The notes beneath the pieces are model-generated. The model worked only from the letters and a program-made list of their open reading frames with translations. It ran no database searches and was not told the origin of the DNA. DNA of 64,000 nt. It comes from Fistulifera solaris (lineage: Eukaryota). Shown here piece after piece: positions 60,576 through 64,000 of the stretch. The position numbers and the translations under genes are program-made. The stretch spans positions 868,001 to 932,000 of the forward strand of contig AP026131.1 of the NCBI GenBank assembly GCA_030295235.1, written 5' to 3'. Positions within the stretch are counted from its first letter, which is position 1; each line of letters opens with the position of its first letter.

Positions 60576-61135
60576 CCGTCCTTGGATTAATTGTTTTTAC
60601 ACAAATGACAGAATCTGTGCTTGTATCCATCAATGGCTCCGAGCTTTCAACACTTTGGCATTAATTATTTGTTGTGTCTCGACGCCTCGGACGGCGATCT
60701 TGCCCGCGCCGACGTCTACTATAAAACAGAGACTAACTCAACGCATGAGTTCCACCCAAAACAACAACGGTCTAATCACGAAAAGAGAAGACACTTAAAC
60801 AATACAGTTACATAGATCCGGTGCTTTTTACTTAGAGAAGTAGATCCTGTGTAAATTTTACTATTCCTTGTTCCTATCTAATAGGTTGTAGCTCAAACCG
60901 TGATCGGGTACCGGATATGAATAGTTGCACTTGCAGGCCGAAGAATAATCAATCGTTCATTTTTTACTTCATCTTTTCAGCAAAAAGTCCGCCTTCGCAT
61001 AAAAATGCAGAAGAAGAGAATACCCATAACAGCTATTACCAAACTTAAGCAATGAATGGAATAAACTCGTACTAGCGTCAACATAACGTTTGTTTAACGA
61101 CCTGACTGGTTGTGCGCTGGCTTACTCTATTCATA

Positions 61136-62614
61136 TCAGATATTGTCGAGGTAAAAGTCCGCATCGTCGCTTTCCTCCTCTGCATTTCCTCCAAAATCAT
61201 GAACGCAAACGAACTTTTTCATACCGTCGGTTACTAAAAGATCTTCGAGGAGACACAGACTTTTGACTGGGTCATCAAATCCCTCCATGAGAAAGAGCTC
61301 GTTCCCGGACACTGGATTCCACGCTCGAACAGAGCCGTCTACACCACTGGATACAAACTTTGTTGAGTCTATCGCTCTCAAGGAGGAAACAGCTCCGTGA
61401 TGACCCCGAAAAACATGTGATTTCTTGGTAAGACGTTGCGTTGAAAGTTTCGGCCACTGCTCAAGTTTCGGACTACCGTCTACTCTCCTGGGTATTATTT
61501 CCCATTGTTTTATTACTCCATTTTCATCACCAGTGAGTAAAAGATACGTTGGCTGCTCCATTCCACGCCCCAGGGTCCCTGGACCCCCGCATGAGATACT
61601 AGTAAGCGCACCGTTGTCACAAGCAGTCCACTGACCGTGTGGCATCGGGCAGCTATTACCCCTGTAGCAGTCGTTGCCAAAAGATCTTTTACTTGATAGG
61701 CTACAACCGTTCCATCTGAGGTTCCCAAATAAATAGAATGGCCGTCCGAATCCGCGCAATGCACTGTCAATCCTCCTTCCAAGACACAATTGTAATAGAT
61801 ATCGCCCGTTTCAACATTCCAGAAAGAAATGGATCCGTCTCGTGCCGCTGAAAACAATACGTTTGTTTTTGGTAAAACCTTCAAAACAACAATATCTGTG
61901 GAGTGAGCACCCTTAAATGCTTTGTATTTCTCTGGACATCGTTCAGGATCGTCATGAAGCAGCCATTGTTGTATGTCCGAACTATCGTTTATCGTGAAGA
62001 GATAATTGTCTTCGTGCTCCAGGATATGGGTTGCTGGGCCAGTGCCAGTCGAGAATTGATACTGAATCAGAAAGGGTTCTTCATCAGAGGCTGTTGATTG
62101 GCTCATTTCGTCGTCACGAAGCAAGGCAGTAGGAAAATCGCCGTTATGCTCGGAGCGAAAGTACGTCCAATATTCTTTTCCCAGTTGAACTTTTAAAACA
62201 CTCCCATCCGTTCGTCCCACCCAAATACAGCAACTTTCCTGATCGGATGCAGCAGCGATTGTCGAGACAATGGCGTTGTTTTTCTTGGCTGGAAGTGTCG
62301 ACGGTTTCCATTGAGAACCCCCGCACATTCCAATTTCCAGTCTTCCAATTTCGCAGAATTCGCGCATCTTTTTGAATTTGCTCTTGTTGCATCGTTTGCA
62401 CTCGTTGTTGCAGTGAGTCTGATGACTGCACACTCAACACTTCTCCTCCACCTCCTATAATTTGCCCCGCAAAGTCATCGAAGAATAATCGTTCTTCGTC
62501 GTCGTTGCTGTCTTGTGCGAACCTCTGCCAGCTGGAAAACCGTCTTGATGCACGAGATAAGGTCCAACCGTGCGTTCCGTGGACGCAGAGCAATAGAATC
62601 AGGTTTACGTACAT
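61136..62614 (-). CDS. WD40-repeat protein with signal/transit-like N-terminus; 2 frameshifts
   Basis: AHSTDIVVL..LFSAARDGSISFWN, LLTGDENGVIKQWE and FRGHHGAVSSL..FVSSGVDGSVRAWN across three frames. Confidence 0.85.
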
Positions 62615-62729
62615 TATGATAACAAATAAGGCAGCGAGTAAGGCATATTTTTTTATAATCGTCTCAGTGGAGTGCGGTGTCGTGGCGTATCTTCGTTGTT
62701 TTTCGCTTTCGTCGGTTTTCCAAAAATAT

Positions 62730-63005
62730 CTCGTTCTGGAAGAATACTCCTGACATCGGTGTTCTTCATCAAACTGAAATTCTGTGTACTTTCCATAAAT
62801 TTTGGGTACCAGTGTTTTTGGCCATACCTTGTTTTTTTGTAAAAATTACAGGAATTCTGTTTATGGTTCCAGAAATTCTGGAAACTGTGTGCGTGTTCAC
62901 ACAGAACTTTTGTATACGAGTTCCACAGATTCTGGAAAAGGTGTTCTTGATCATACAGGAATTCTGCGAACGATCCACGAGTTCCGGGATTGCAATTTCA
63001 GTTTC
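62730..63005. repeat. Palindrome-core array, family 1, copy D (degenerate)
   Basis: GGTTCCAGAAATTCTGGAAACTGTGT at ~62865, TCTTGATCATACAGGAATTCTG, CTGAAATTCTGTG and TTCCATAAATTTTGG variants, in the same orientation as copy A. Confidence 0.8.
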
Positions 63006-63322
63006 GAAAACAAATTGAGAGTAGTCTAGAGGTCTAGCAGGCGATAAATAACATTTCTATCAGCCCTAAGACGACGGCCGAATACAGGATGGTTTCACTA
63101 AAATCTCTCTGTCTAGCTAGAGTGTGATTACTTTTCCATTCCATTTTGTCACAATCTTTTACAGTACAGTAGAAGATATTGAATGAGAGCCGGAAGTGCC
63201 TCTAATCCGTTCATGAGAAGGTGGGTGCACGAGAAACTAGTTTTGGGATATTAGAGCCTCCTAAATATTGCCTAGCGCAATAGCAATACAGTGAAGCTAC
63301 AAGTCGCGTGCCGCGAAGCCGC

Positions 63323-64000
63323 TCAGATTTGATTCTGTGGATTCTCAGGACTTTTCTTCCATAACGCAAATACCTTTTCTTTCTGCTGAGATAATCGTAG
63401 CCCTGGAAATTCTTCTTTGATCTGCGGAAGCATGGCTGCTTCAAAGTCCTTGTACAAATTCTTTGCCGGCTTACCCACTCCAGAAATACCCAGTGATCCC
63501 AATGCGGCATCGATGCCGCTGGCGGCCCTTCCTCCATAGAGGCAACATTTGCTTCTCGACCACCCGCTCCTTCCAGCATGGCTTCTGTGTTCGCCAGCAG
63601 TGGATCCAAAGGTGCTTCCGCTTCCTTCCTTGCCTTTTCTTCCATCCGTTTCTTTTCCTCCTCGACTCGCTTCTTTTCATCTTCTTTTTGTTTTCTCACT
63701 TTCTTGTCGGCACCCTTGACGAGGGCATCCTCCAACAGTGCCAAATCATTTTTGGGTTTCCCCTTGCCCTTTTTCGGACCCGCCGGTAGCTTCGATTTGC
63801 CCCCCGAACCAAGGGTTGCTTCTTCGGCGGCTAACAATTCGGCCTTTTCTCGTTTCTTACGAGCTGCCTCGTCCGCTTTGGCGGCCAATTCTTCATCTCT
63901 CGACGCTTTTCTTGCATTGGCACCCTTGGCCCATTCCTGAGCTTCCGCTGCTTCCTTTTTTCGGTCGTTTTCGGCTTGCTTTCTCGCTTCGACCTCGGCT
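63323..64000 (-). CDS. CCDC124: Coiled-coil domain-containing protein 124 (Lso2/Oxs1-like), 3' part; frameshift near 63527
   Basis: WAKGA...KAELLAAEE; after the frameshift ASGIDAALGSL...YKDFEAAMLPQIKEEFPGLRLSQQKEKVFALWKKSPENPQNQ. Confidence 0.9.

Overview
This is a gene-dense eukaryotic nuclear window with short GT-AG introns and compact intergenic spacers. The gene content points to a pennate diatom, possibly Fistulifera/Phaeodactylum-like; this is an inference, not a database match. About 30 protein-coding genes are supportable. They include two paralogous membrane-anchored JmjC/cupin proteins, a DnaJ/X-domain protein, YciI, a fused FAD oxidoreductase, the Pol III subunit RPC10/C11 (absent from the ORF track), an M1 aminopeptidase, a plasmepsin-V-like protease lacking both catalytic Asp, meiotic MSH4, an MBOAT wax-synthase-like acyltransferase, a DUF285 repeat protein, METTL18, an M20 amidohydrolase, a class C GPCR, a tandem OsmC-like protein and CCDC124. 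About 20 single-base frameshifts break otherwise intact genes, most likely as consensus errors. The non-coding DNA is highly structured. Family 1 comprises four arrays built on the palindrome TCCAGAA(A/T)TTCTGGA, spaced 16-20 kb apart. Family 2 is a ~210-250 bp satellite whose two main arrays face each other around two genes. There is also a hAT-type MITE with an 8-bp TSD, a TA-flanked MITE with 53-bp TIRs, a 124-bp mini-Helitron plus a second Helitron end, and a 482/483-bp tandem duplication. The best candidates for undescribed biology are the family 1 arrays and a secreted protein with four invariant QPDCRLCPNDDD motifs. No rRNA, tRNA or CRISPR array was found.
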